Shown piece after piece: positions 8,387-18,346 of a DNA stretch of 32,748 nt; position 1 is the stretch's first letter; every line of letters starts with the position of its first letter. The notes under the pieces were generated by a model, which made no database searches, was not told the DNA's origin, and saw only the letters and a list, made by a program, of their open reading frames with translations. Source of the DNA: a virus (taxonomy: Duplodnaviria; Heunggongvirae; Uroviricota; Caudoviricetes). The position numbers were made by a program, and so were the translations under genes. The DNA lies in the IMG/VR virus record IMGVR_UViG_3300009285_000507, positions 1 to 32,748 of that record; one strand, written 5' to 3'.

Positions 8387-10498
8387 CTACTCCCCAATGT
8401 ACTTCATAGTGGTATAAATATTATTGAGAACAGCACACTGAGTAGGACCAACCGTAATGTCATCACTTGGAATACTCTGAGCGTACTCAATAGTGAACAC
8501 TGCACGGGTTGGGATATCATCAGTTGGGGTGCTACCATTGTAGTTAACATAAGCCTGAATAGTGCCTGTGGTGTAGTTGATATCATTATCGCCAGTGCCT
8601 GTGTCAACTGAATAGCGGGATGAAAGTGAACCATTATAGGTGATAACATTACCTGAGTAGTCATCCTGTGCAATAGGAGTACCATCTGCGCTAATCACCA
8701 ATGACCCTGGGACAATGGGGACATAGGTGTTGTAGTCAACGATCTGGTGGGTGTATGGAACACTCAACAGTGAGTTCTTAATGGTCTTTACTTGCTCACG
8801 ACTCTGCTTGTACTTTGCTGAGACAGTGTTACCACTTGGGATTGGTGTTGCAAACATTGCATTGATAACACCTGTGACATAATCAATGTTGCCAGAATTA
8901 ACTGTGTAAGGATGAGGAGTAACTGACAGGTACTCACCAGCTGTAACAATGCTACCAGCCCCATCATCCTTACCAACCATAACCCCATTTACGTACAGGT
9001 AGAAATTGCTCTTTGCTACTGGGAGTAGTGGCAGGGTGAACGAAGATACATTGCCTGAAGTTACAGTTACAGGCGAGTACACCTTCATGTCAACTTCAGT
9101 GTAGGTAATGCCAGAAGCTAGATTAGCCTGGCTGGTAACAACTGAGCGAATGATATCCTGGTTAAGTTCAGCTGCATCGTATGACAATGCATCACGCAAG
9201 GCAGTCTCAACATTAGTACGTGCAATGGTTAGATCCTGACCATAGCGCACATATGCATTCATGTCAACGTCAAACTTAATAATCGTTCCCTCATATGCTT
9301 CATAGCGGATTGAGATCATACCCTTGTCATAAAGGTTACCCAGAAGAGTTCCCTTGTCTGGCTTAGTCATACTGGCATCAGTTGACGAACCAAACAACCA
9401 CTCATCTGTAACAGCCTGTGGAACTCCCGTGTTGTCAAGCTTGCGGAGCAGATAGATATTTACACGATTGAACATGTCATAGTTAGGTGGGAACAGGTCA
9501 CGCTCTGCCTCAATATAAACCTTGTCCACACTGGTATCAAGCTTCAACAGTGCCTCATGGTCAAGCTTGGTAACTGCACGGTCACCAGTCTGGAACACAA
9601 GTGGAGCCAGTGACTTAATATCAGCTGCTGTTTCACGCTCAATACCACCTGTTGCAGGAGTAACATTGGAGCAGGTTAGCTGTGCATAGATTGCTCCAGT
9701 GCTGTCATAGATGGCATTGACAATACGTGTCAGGACACCAGTTGATGCAATGTTGCCCTCAAGACCCTTGGACACTAGGTACTCAATAGTGATGGTATCA
9801 CCCTGCTCTGGAATCTGGCCGAAGTCTCCGTCACCAAGCTTGACTAGGAGATACTTATTGGGGAGCTCATTTACCTCAAACGCCTGGAACTGAATCCCTT
9901 CCTTTGTTGCAGTGGGTAGTAGAGCATCAACCAGTTCCCATGCTGTGTCTGCACTGCCATGTGTTACGTACAGGCGAACACCAGTGTTCTCAATTACTGT
10001 GCTCTCAAGAACATAGGACTGACTAGCCTGACCTGAACTTGTGATCTGAACTTCATACAGGCTACCCTCAACGCAATTGATGTCTTTAAATGTCTCACCT
10101 GCATTGATTGAGGTGTCTTCATTGACAATAAACTTTAGGCTATTCTCGTCATCAGTTACAACTGTTCCACGTGGGATAATAATGTTATACCCATGTGCAG
10201 CTGGCAGAGTAAAACGAACTGTGCAGCTTGCTGATACACGCCGCTGTGGCTGGTAGTTCAGAAGCTTTGCTGCACGAACAATGGATGACTCAAGGCGAGC
10301 TGTGTCTAAGTAGCTCTCCTCAATTGCACGTTCAAGAGAGTAATGCATGACATCGCCAACATAGGCAAACAGTTCAATGAGTGTCTGACCAGTGCTACTG
10401 CGATAAGCATCAGTCCATGTGGGCTCTTTAGCCAACTGGTTAGATAGGTTCTTTACTAGATTATCAAAGCTGAATTCACTATATGGGATGTTAGGCAT
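8387..10498 (-). CDS. Baseplate wedge subunit, T4 gp6 / baseplate J-like
   Basis: WTDAYRSSTGQTLIELFAYVGD...ESYLDTARLESSIVRAAKLLNYQP, FGDG-like LGDGDFGQIP, GGIERET and RAVTKLD. Confidence 0.88.
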   Translation of the reverse strand: MPNIPYSEFSFDNLVKNLSNQLAKEPTWTDAYRSSTGQTLIELFAYVGDVMHYSLERAIEESYLDTARLESSIVRAAKLLNYQPQRRVSASCTVRFTLPAAHGYNIIIPRGTVVTDDENSLKFIVNEDTSINAGETFKDINCVEGSLYEVQITSSGQASQSYVLESTVIENTGVRLYVTHGSADTAWELVDALLPTATKEGIQFQAFEVNELPNKYLLVKLGDGDFGQIPEQGDTITIEYLVSKGLEGNIASTGVLTRIVNAIYDSTGAIYAQLTCSNVTPATGGIERETAADIKSLAPLVFQTGDRAVTKLDHEALLKLDTSVDKVYIEAERDLFPPNYDMFNRVNIYLLRKLDNTGVPQAVTDEWLFGSSTDASMTKPDKGTLLGNLYDKGMISIRYEAYEGTIIKFDVDMNAYVRYGQDLTIARTNVETALRDALSYDAAELNQDIIRSVVTSQANLASGITYTEVDMKVYSPVTVTSGNVSSFTLPLLPVAKSNFYLYVNGVMVGKDDGAGSIVTAGEYLSVTPHPYTVNSGNIDYVTGVINAMFATPIPSGNTVSAKYKQSREQVKTIKNSLLSVPYTHQIVDYNTYVPIVPGSLVISADGTPIAQDDYSGNVITYNGSLSSRYSVDTGTGDNDINYTTGTIQAYVNYNGSTPTDDIPTRAVFTIEYAQSIPSDDITVGPTQCAVLNNIYTTMKYIGE

Positions 10499-10508
10499 TA
10501 TCTATCTC

Positions 10509-10901
10509 CTAGAGAGAAACTTCTGCTACAAATTGTGCGCCGGTCATAATAACAGTGCAGGCAATCTTCATGTTCATTGAGTGTCCATCTGGATCAATGT
10601 CAACTACAATGTCATCAATGCGTGGGCGAGGATCCCACTTAGCTATCTCTTTCTGAATCATAGAGATAACAACAGTCTTCAGTTTTTCATCAGCTGCTTC
10701 AAATAGAAGTGAGCGAAGTGACGCACCAAAGTCACGGAGCATAGGGCGTTCACCACGCATAGTGGACAGAATATTTACAACGCTACCCTTGACAGCATCA
10801 ACTCCATAGGCGATAGTAATATTACCATCAATACCCGTGGAGAGAGTGTTGTTGACATCGGAGTACTGCATTAATCCTTTTACTTCATCTACTGTTGCCA
10901 T
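10509..10901 (-). CDS. Baseplate wedge protein gp25-like (GPW/gp25 family)
   Basis: AVKGSVVNILSTMRGERPMLRDFGASLRSLLFE...IAKWDPR. Confidence 0.92.
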   Translation of the reverse strand: MATVDEVKGLMQYSDVNNTLSTGIDGNITIAYGVDAVKGSVVNILSTMRGERPMLRDFGASLRSLLFEAADEKLKTVVISMIQKEIAKWDPRPRIDDIVVDIDPDGHSMNMKIACTVIMTGAQFVAEVSL

Positions 10902-10909
10902 TAGTACCT

Positions 10910-11341
10910 CTAAATCATCTCGTCTGGTGTTTTAAGCCAGGAGTCACTGAGTACTGAATATGTAGTAATTGACTTCTCTGTGTCATATTCAGTGTATAAG
11001 GAACTCTTTATATATAGCTCTGCATTAGCACCATCAAAGTATGGAACAAGATCAATCTTTGCTGCAACGTCTGAAATGAGTTCCAACCCTTCCTCACCAA
11101 GATTAAAGTACACAGTTAAGGTTATTGTATTAGAGCCATTTAGATAATTATCAGAGATGGTAATGTCCTCTATCTTGTTATCCCAATCACCAAAATAGGT
11201 ATCTACAAGATCACGGGCAGCTTCTGATACATGCTCCTTTATGGTTGGCATACCTTCCAGATGTGCATACCAAGCTGATTCTCTGCGTGGAGTGTTGTCA
11301 ACCCCGAGCTCACAATCTTCTAAATAGTTATCTTCCATCAC
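10910..11341 (-). CDS. Acidic hypothetical protein between gp5-like and gp25-like genes
   Basis: 143-aa ORF filling the gap, with SD GGGGTAAGG. No family recognised. Confidence 0.75.
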   Translation of the reverse strand: MMEDNYLEDCELGVDNTPRRESAWYAHLEGMPTIKEHVSEAARDLVDTYFGDWDNKIEDITISDNYLNGSNTITLTVYFNLGEEGLELISDVAAKIDLVPYFDGANAELYIKSSLYTEYDTEKSITTYSVLSDSWLKTPDEMI

Positions 11342-11342
11342 C

Positions 11343-12317
11343 TTACCCCATTAAAATAGTGGAACTTCCACCCTGTATAAGATGGTAGTGCGCAGGTGCC
11401 CCACCTATTTGCGGACCAGTAGCGTCGTCAATTCTTGCCACTCCCTTGGTACCACTATTGAAGTTCATTGCTGTAGCTGTGATATTCAGAGCATCTGTAA
11501 TATTAAGTGTGATAGGTCCTGCAATGGTAGCAGATCCACCAAAGAATGAAATGCTGGCAACCTGCAGAGCAAGTACCCCTGAGCTGGTAACATTGATTCC
11601 AGCTACTCCAGTAACGTTATTAGTTGCTGATGCTTCAGAGGTAATATCAACAGCCTTGGTGGTATCAGACGCTTCTATCTTTGTCTGCCTGCTTGCACCT
11701 GCGTACTCGTAGGAATCAGCTTCAGCTAGTGAGTATAGATCACCAGCTGCATGGAGGATAATGTCACCATCCTCGTTCATTACAATGCGGCTACCGGATG
11801 GATGACGAATCACTAGCTTCCTGTCCCCAGGGGTTTCATCCATCTCAAATAGGAACCCGCCGCTATTCTTTGCTACTGTTGACTTTGGATAAACTGTACC
11901 CACTGGGACTGAGGGTTCCGACCAATCTCCAGCATCAATCTTTGTTGCTTCCATATCGTCAGCAATGTCATCTGTCTCGCCACGACCACGCAGTGGACCA
12001 TCAGGCACATTGTTCTCCATGGCTGGAGCAGATGCAAAGTACACTGGCTGATAGATGTCACCGTTCTCAAAGAAGCACCATACCCATGAGCCAACTGGTG
12101 GAACAGCTATTACTCCCTGATCCTGTCCTACACCAAAGAAGAGTGGTGCAGCTGTGACAGCCCATGGAATATCATCCTTAGGGACTTCAGTGAAGGCAGG
12201 GTGAATACGAACACGGGCTCTACAGGCTTTAAGTGGATCATCAACAGCTACCACTTCTCCCCTGTAGTTCCCCCAGTAACGATCTTCTTTACGCTTAACT
12301 GTATATACTTTGCTCAT
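11343..12317 (-). CDS. Baseplate central spike, gp5/gpV-like (OB fold, beta-helix, HxH tip); no lysozyme domain
   Basis: YRGEVVAVDDPLKACRARVRI...IPWA...VPPVGSWVWCFFENGDIYQPVY, then HPSGSRIVMNEDGDI and terminal ARIDD...HYH...GGSSTILMG. Confidence 0.88.
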   Translation of the reverse strand: MSKVYTVKRKEDRYWGNYRGEVVAVDDPLKACRARVRIHPAFTEVPKDDIPWAVTAAPLFFGVGQDQGVIAVPPVGSWVWCFFENGDIYQPVYFASAPAMENNVPDGPLRGRGETDDIADDMEATKIDAGDWSEPSVPVGTVYPKSTVAKNSGGFLFEMDETPGDRKLVIRHPSGSRIVMNEDGDIILHAAGDLYSLAEADSYEYAGASRQTKIEASDTTKAVDITSEASATNNVTGVAGINVTSSGVLALQVASISFFGGSATIAGPITLNITDALNITATAMNFNSGTKGVARIDDATGPQIGGAPAHYHLIQGGSSTILMG

Positions 12318-13504
12318 AGAGTCACCAAGTTATTTCTCTTAACCTTTTCCTCACTTGGGTTTATGCATGACCTAGTGAGTGTGTAGCGACGATAGACACG
12401 ATCCTTGATAGCTGTGTTGATTGCGTATACAACCCAGAGTCCTGCGCTACCTTTGTTAATTGCAGATGAGCTATCAAATGGAATACTGAAGTCAACCACG
12501 TCTCCTATATGTATATTGGAAAGGGTCTCTGACAAGCACGAAATCTTCTGCATTCCAGTGAAACTTCCAGAAATAATATTCTTAACGTATGCTTCATGTC
12601 TACCCTTGTAACTGTTATCTGTATTGGTACCAAAGTATACGGAGATATTATCACCCTTGAGACGCTCTCTGCGGATGATTGAGTCGGGCAAAGTATCTCT
12701 TCGTGAACAATCTGTTATGTCGAATGGCTCAGTCTTGAACTGCTTCTTTGAGTAATCAAAGTACTGAGCTGTTGCACCACTAGCCCCAGACAGGTAGGAG
12801 CTCATGGTGTCATTCTCTGAGTCAATGCCTGCCACCTGCACAGAACGCACGTCTATGGCGTATGAGAGCCTCGCTGTGGGCTGCTTCTTGATAAGGTGCT
12901 CATAGGTGCAGTACGAGAACTTGCTGTCTCTATTGCCATAACAGAGCAGCCCAGTGCGATCCTGGATGGCTCTGGCGTTAGAGATGAGATGGCGAATCAT
13001 TGTAGCATTGTCCCAGCTAGCTTGGATCCAGGTCTGCCGGTCATCAGTTGACTCTACATCGCCGGTCTCAAAGCCCATGTCAGCAATGATATTCTGAAAC
13101 ACTTCGGAGCTGGTCTTGCTTCTGAATGCCCTTGTTATAGCTGGCTGGAACATTCCATCCTGTGCAATATGAACACAGTCAATATGATATAGGTATGCAT
13201 CTTTAATATGGGACGGAGTAACCTTAAAGTTGTAAACTAAGAATCTAACACCATTTATAAACTGACCCTCAGTAGCTATGTCAGGAGTATTCTGACCAAT
13301 GTATAACTCAACATTGTCATCTCCAAGAAGAGGGTACTGTTGATCAAAAATATTATTGTTATCAAGGTACTCTAGATGAAGTGTTGGAAGGAAATTATTT
13401 ATTGACTCAACAAGATACATTTTCTCAAGGTTGTGCGTATTGAGTGGTAATGGATTTCCCTCAACATATATTGATATTGCGTACTGCCCAAAGATACCTT
13501 GCAT
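12314..13504 (-). CDS. Baseplate hub protein, gp27/GpD-like
   Basis: 396 aa, lies between gp53-like and gp5-like genes. It has LYLVESINN..P.L.L and WIQASWDNATMIRHL patterns and a C-terminal IHIGDVVDF...GLWVVYAI. Confidence 0.65.
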   Translation of the reverse strand: MQGIFGQYAISIYVEGNPLPLNTHNLEKMYLVESINNFLPTLHLEYLDNNNIFDQQYPLLGDDNVELYIGQNTPDIATEGQFINGVRFLVYNFKVTPSHIKDAYLYHIDCVHIAQDGMFQPAITRAFRSKTSSEVFQNIIADMGFETGDVESTDDRQTWIQASWDNATMIRHLISNARAIQDRTGLLCYGNRDSKFSYCTYEHLIKKQPTARLSYAIDVRSVQVAGIDSENDTMSSYLSGASGATAQYFDYSKKQFKTEPFDITDCSRRDTLPDSIIRRERLKGDNISVYFGTNTDNSYKGRHEAYVKNIISGSFTGMQKISCLSETLSNIHIGDVVDFSIPFDSSSAINKGSAGLWVVYAINTAIKDRVYRRYTLTRSCINPSEEKVKRNNLVTL

Positions 13505-13824
13505 TATGTGCTTACCCTGTATAGATTAAAGAACTTATATACATTATCAATATCAGGAACTATCAGCTCAAGCCCTGAGTACAGATTCTCAAATGGGTCT
13601 ACAATACCATTCACTAAACAAAGGTACCACCATAAATATTCAGTTCCGTAAACCTCTCTAGCTATTCTATCAGGAGCAGACAGATCTTCTTGCTTAACCT
13701 TATAGATCTGTATGTTTAGAAAATCATAGGACAAGTTATTAATTGGGTTGTATAGGTAATCCCTCTCCCAGAATTCGTCAACCTTCACCCTAGAGTAAAA
13801 TCGGTCTCTCCCATATTCATTCAT
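13504..13824 (-). CDS. Baseplate wedge protein gp53-like (LysM-like)
   Basis: YKVKQEDLSAPDRIAREVYGTEYLWWYLCLVNGIVDPF. Confidence 0.88.
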   Translation of the reverse strand: MNEYGRDRFYSRVKVDEFWERDYLYNPINNLSYDFLNIQIYKVKQEDLSAPDRIAREVYGTEYLWWYLCLVNGIVDPFENLYSGLELIVPDIDNVYKFFNLYRVST

Positions 13825-13826
13825 TT

Positions 13827-14783
13827 CTAAAGAACTCCTTTAAAAATACGAGTAGCAACTTCTATTGCACTCGTATAGTCCTTCTTCATATCTTCTACGC
13901 TGTTACTTATATTTGTCGCCTGCTCCTTAGCCTGTGCAACTGTAGGTAGAATACGCTCACCTGGAAATGGGCTCTTTTGTTTTTTACCAAATATATCTCG
14001 TGCGTACTCACGGATAACTGCATTTCTAGTACCAAATGTAAACGAGCAAGTTGCACTTTGTGGTAGAGCAGCACTACTACTGGACTCTCCAGCACTCTCA
14101 AGGAATGCAGACTTGCAAAGTGTGGTCGAGAAAGTGCTTCGCACAGATATAGGAACAATGTCAGCAAATGTAAAGTAGTCTGCTATCTGAACATAAAAAT
14201 CAATAGGACTTATTGTTATGGCCTCACCGCCAAGTGCAGTTGACGTAAGCGGATCCTGCAGTATTCTTGAAGCACTTATAGGAGGGGATGTTATCATATT
14301 TAAAAGCTGTATTGGTCTATAAACATCCCAGTAAGGATCAGTCTTTGTGAAAAACTGAAGAGGTAAAGTTATATCCATAGGAGCAGATCCAGTAAAAACT
14401 CTGCGTGTAAGATAATAACTCGGCCCTGTTTTTGTGTAAATCCCTCTTCCAAAGTAAGGAGTTGTCCAACCAAATAAAGCATTGCCAACTCCAGTATTAA
14501 CCTCTTTACCAGTAAGTGCACTAAGCACTGTGCTAGCTAGGTTTAGAGCTGACTGAGTATAACTTGAGGACGTTCCAAATGAAAACTCTTGTGGGAGGTA
14601 GGCTTGGAGCTTAACGTACTCTGTAGATTCCATTGTGCTATTTGATATACGCTTACCCCATTGATCAACATCTTCAAAACCATCTATGTTCCTGAAAAAT
14701 AAGGTTACACCTTTTCCAGCATTTCTTGTCTCTGAATTGTCTGCACCAAAAACTGAACTTTTATTTGCTGTCTGTAGTCCCAT
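13827..14783 (-). CDS. Tube-baseplate junction protein, gp48-like (tube initiator/cap)
   Basis: LQAYLPQEFSFGTSSSY and VFTGSAPMDITLPLQF tube-initiator-like segments. Located between tape-measure-like and gp53-like genes. Confidence 0.55.
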   Translation of the reverse strand: MGLQTANKSSVFGADNSETRNAGKGVTLFFRNIDGFEDVDQWGKRISNSTMESTEYVKLQAYLPQEFSFGTSSSYTQSALNLASTVLSALTGKEVNTGVGNALFGWTTPYFGRGIYTKTGPSYYLTRRVFTGSAPMDITLPLQFFTKTDPYWDVYRPIQLLNMITSPPISASRILQDPLTSTALGGEAITISPIDFYVQIADYFTFADIVPISVRSTFSTTLCKSAFLESAGESSSSAALPQSATCSFTFGTRNAVIREYARDIFGKKQKSPFPGERILPTVAQAKEQATNISNSVEDMKKDYTSAIEVATRIFKGVL

Positions 14784-14791
14784 TAGTCGCC

Positions 14792-16369
14792 TCAGTTAAC
14801 AAAGACTATTGTGCTATCATCATAGTCTATAAAAATATCAGAATTATTAACTACTTCTGTGTTATTCTTTATGGTTAAAGAACTTGAGCTCTGCGGCATA
14901 TCTGGCTGCAGCAATGGCATACCGGGGTACTCTGAGAATGTTGGACTTAGAGATGACATTGAATCCCCAGACTGGCTAGAGTACCTGGATCTAACTTGAT
15001 CAACATACTGAACTATAGAGGGTTCATTGCCATTTCCCTGGTTCCTGGTAAATCTTCTCTCTGACCTCCATCCAGTATGTACTGCTGCGTAGTCAGCTGC
15101 TGCACTGCCAGCATACCAAGCTATAGACACCATATCCCAATCATGGTATCTATTAAAGTACTGACCCATTTTAAATCTAGCAACCCTATTTTGATTAGCT
15201 GGAGTTCTAGGGGAGTTCGCTGGTAAACCAGCTTCCCTCGACCACTCAGGCCAATTAGCAGGCATTATTTGAAATAAACCATGCGCCCCAGTTCTTGTGT
15301 TTATTGCAGAGGAGTTACCACCACTCTCCTGCCCAGATATAGACGACATATACTGTTGCAGTGTAACATTTCTAGATCTAAGATAAGGATTATTCTGTAG
15401 AATATCCCTTGTGACATCCTCCTCATTACTTGTGGTGGCCAATGATTCAGCATTGAGTAATACATCCACAATTACAGCAACTGGCCAAGACAGTATAAAT
15501 CTTGCAACCTTTAGTGCTGCTCCAGATGAACCTGCAATAGCTGACCCAATACCAGGTATAACTATATTAAACTTCTTAGTTGCATATCTTGCTATAGCAC
15601 TAAAGTTAATGGCTCTTGAGTTCACAAGAACTTTCTCAAGGAATTCAATAAGTTTAAGCCCGGCATTTCTCCCAAAGTTTCTTGTCAAAACATACACAAC
15701 TCTAAGTGCTCTATACCCAAAAGCCTGAACTACCTTAAAGATTCTCCTGATTATTTCCCACTCAAATATCTCTTTAATATAGTCCCACATAGAACTATTG
15801 GTGTCATTAGAATCTTGTGTGTCTATTTCTTCCTGCTCTTCTCTGTCTCTTTTACTTGATTTTACATCATCAGTGCTACACACCTCAAGTAGCTGGTCAA
15901 GTAAACCTGGGATAGTATCAACAGTTGCTTCCTCAATTGAGTCCTCGCGCAGCTCTTCATCAAGCATGAGCTTCTCACTATACGGAGTGGTGTCACTTAG
16001 CATACCCCTGGAACCACGTCTGCCTGAGTTTATTGAGCTTAAAACGGAGTGTATCTTAAGGAGTGATCTCTCTGGAGTACCCTCAATAAGAGCCCCTGTA
16101 TACGAGCTCCTAGCCATGTAGAATGGGCTACTGAGCAGGGAGAAGCTCTTATCAAGGATATTGAATAGATCCTTGGATTTCTCAGGGATGTACACTGGAT
16201 CAACAGAGGAGTCCTCTTGTTGAGGTGAGTTTGCTACGCTATTATTTAGTTCTACCCTGTTCTCTAGTTGCTTCCTGAGATTGGTATATAGTATATCAAC
16301 ACGGTAGGAAAACTCCATGTTCCCTGCTACAAGGTCTTTAAATGCCTTGACAACATCGGTGTTAGCCAT
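14792..16369 (-). CDS. Tape-measure/hub-associated protein with C-terminal SLT lytic transglycosylase domain
   Basis: ISGQESGG (catalytic Glu), GAHGLFQIMPANW and AWYAG SLT motifs after an acidic helical N-terminal region. Confidence 0.8.
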   Translation of the reverse strand: MANTDVVKAFKDLVAGNMEFSYRVDILYTNLRKQLENRVELNNSVANSPQQEDSSVDPVYIPEKSKDLFNILDKSFSLLSSPFYMARSSYTGALIEGTPERSLLKIHSVLSSINSGRRGSRGMLSDTTPYSEKLMLDEELREDSIEEATVDTIPGLLDQLLEVCSTDDVKSSKRDREEQEEIDTQDSNDTNSSMWDYIKEIFEWEIIRRIFKVVQAFGYRALRVVYVLTRNFGRNAGLKLIEFLEKVLVNSRAINFSAIARYATKKFNIVIPGIGSAIAGSSGAALKVARFILSWPVAVIVDVLLNAESLATTSNEEDVTRDILQNNPYLRSRNVTLQQYMSSISGQESGGNSSAINTRTGAHGLFQIMPANWPEWSREAGLPANSPRTPANQNRVARFKMGQYFNRYHDWDMVSIAWYAGSAAADYAAVHTGWRSERRFTRNQGNGNEPSIVQYVDQVRSRYSSQSGDSMSSLSPTFSEYPGMPLLQPDMPQSSSSLTIKNNTEVVNNSDIFIDYDDSTIVFVN

Positions 16370-18346
16370 TTATCGTACTCTATTGAGCATTATTATGCTT
16401 GGGTTATTTATGTCCTCTGGAAACAAGTTCTTCTCTATTCTACGACTGGAGTTTGACTCAGACGCAGTATTTGTCTCAATGGATTGTGATGAACCTCCAC
16501 CAGCTAGTGCCCCAATGCTGCCACCACCAGCTAGTCCTGAACCACCACCCCCACGGATCTGAGTGTGGGTTACAGAGCCAGCCTGCATACTTGAAGGTCT
16601 TGCGCCTCTTCGAACACCAATGTGAATGTGATTCCAGTGCCCTGAGATATGACCAATACGAGCACCGTTATCCCAGTTGGTAGGCATATGATTATACATG
16701 AGCTCATCTATTTGTCTGTTAGGACCTATTGCAAAAGGCTCAAGCTCACGGAAGATTCTCCCCAGTATTGGGCTGTACTTGTCTCCATAGCTACCACTAC
16801 CAATGTCAAGACCATGGCCGCTATAGTGGTATGACCCAGCTGTGTGCTCTCCACCAGTGGTTGATGTAATATTGGGGTTAAATCCTCTGGAGTTCAGGAA
16901 GCTCTTAACATCCTGCCAAGTGCTCATCTCTGTGTTTGGCTCACCCCCACCACCTGAGGTAACAACACGTGACTCAGAAGCATCTGGCTGTGTTGGTGCA
17001 TTTGAAGTAGCATTTGATGACGGGGTTATGCGGGACTCAACCTTGCTCCAGTCATTGGTTACAAAGTCACCATAGATATATCCTCTTTGACCTGACTCAG
17101 CTATTACATGCGCCCAACCATTAACCATCTTAACAAGGTTGATCTTATCCCCATTGTTAAGGGTATCCAAGATAGCAGCACTGGTGTTTGGCATAGCTCT
17201 TAGGTTTACATTGAAACCAGTTACATACCACTGCCCAGGGTACACACTTGGAGTAGGTGTTACCCTACCCTCTGAGGATGTTGAAGACGCGGGCACCTCT
17301 TCAGCAATAGGTACTGTTGAGCTACCTCTTACAGGCATAGCATCTGAAGCTGTGCTACTTCCAGCCATTACAGGGTGGAAGGTGGGTACCATTGGGATTG
17401 GTTCTAATGGATCACTTGAACCAGATGGTGGGGGTACAGGGGCCTGCCTATCACCTGCGTCAAACTCTCCTGCTCCCTGTGTACCACCAGTCACTGTGCC
17501 AGCTGGTATGCCCTCAGTAAAAAAGTCATAAGCTGATGAAGCAATGGCAGCTCCTGCTCCAACGGCAGCAATGCCAGCACCTGCAATCAATCCTAGTGCA
17601 AGTGTGCTAAGGCTAGCCTTTGACGCAGCTTCGTCCTTTTCTTTCTTACCTTTGTGGCAATCAATAAGTGCTTGTAGTTTCTCAGGGATGGTTACAACAA
17701 CAGAGCGAGTTACTGAACTCTTCTGTTTCTCATCCTCAGCATCATGACGCTCACTTTGTGGAGTTACATCACTAAGAAAGCTGTTGCTCTCAACAGATGA
17801 GGTATCTGTGTTCGATGGATCAACCTGGGTCATTCCATCCTTAAGCTTAACTACCTCCGTGTATATGAGTTGTAGTGAGTGCTCTTGAGTTCCAGCAATA
17901 GACAAAGCAGTGCGAGTCTTAGCTGATACAAAGGTTGGATTGTCCATCCTTGCATAGTTAAGAGCTGTCTCTAGCCGTGTGACATCTTCCTTGGCTAGAC
18001 CATAGTCAGTTGTTACTCGTGCGCTTGACTGAGGATTCTGTGCTGCTGGTGCTAGCTGGTCATCTTTTGAGAAGGCCTTCTTGATCAACTTGCCAGCTAA
18101 GTATGCTGTGCCAAACAATGGGTCAGCCAGAGATAGACCAGCTGCAACTCCCATTGTAGCTAGGTTTGACTTGCGTTCTGCTTCTGCTTTGGTTTTCTCT
18201 TCTTCCTCTTTGATCTTCTTCTGAACACCAAGTATATCATCAAACTTCTTTACAAGCTCTGAGTACTGTACACCAAGCTCGACAATGTTGCGTCTGGTTT
18301 CCTCATCTAATACTGAAGCTGACCTCTTATCACTGGAGTCCACCAT
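16370..18346 (-). CDS. Tape-measure-like protein with SH3b domain and C-terminal M15-type Zn peptidase domain
   Basis: SH3b VNLRAMPNTSAAILDTLNNGDKINLV..VNGWAHV...GYIYGDFV. M15-type SYHYSGHGLD...HWNHIH. Start taken as ATG 18346 (MVDSS) behind a GGAG SD. Confidence 0.78.
   Translation of the reverse strand: MVDSSDKRSASVLDEETRRNIVELGVQYSELVKKFDDILGVQKKIKEEEEKTKAEAERKSNLATMGVAAGLSLADPLFGTAYLAGKLIKKAFSKDDQLAPAAQNPQSSARVTTDYGLAKEDVTRLETALNYARMDNPTFVSAKTRTALSIAGTQEHSLQLIYTEVVKLKDGMTQVDPSNTDTSSVESNSFLSDVTPQSERHDAEDEKQKSSVTRSVVVTIPEKLQALIDCHKGKKEKDEAASKASLSTLALGLIAGAGIAAVGAGAAIASSAYDFFTEGIPAGTVTGGTQGAGEFDAGDRQAPVPPPSGSSDPLEPIPMVPTFHPVMAGSSTASDAMPVRGSSTVPIAEEVPASSTSSEGRVTPTPSVYPGQWYVTGFNVNLRAMPNTSAAILDTLNNGDKINLVKMVNGWAHVIAESGQRGYIYGDFVTNDWSKVESRITPSSNATSNAPTQPDASESRVVTSGGGGEPNTEMSTWQDVKSFLNSRGFNPNITSTTGGEHTAGSYHYSGHGLDIGSGSYGDKYSPILGRIFRELEPFAIGPNRQIDELMYNHMPTNWDNGARIGHISGHWNHIHIGVRRGARPSSMQAGSVTHTQIRGGGGSGLAGGGSIGALAGGGSSQSIETNTASESNSSRRIEKNLFPEDINNPSIIMLNRVR

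Noticed and set aside
13300..13306. TTATACA core inside the hub gene
   Set aside because: It lacks the upstream T/C-rich context and has no downstream start nearby, so it is treated as background. Plus-strand cores (184, 16692, 20193, 24264) show that chance matches occur.
13500..15800. Apparent AT-richer block across gp53, gp48 and SLT genes as a recent module swap
   Set aside because: Hand counts of individual lines varied widely (about 23-42% GC). A sliding-window computation is needed before claiming a boundary.
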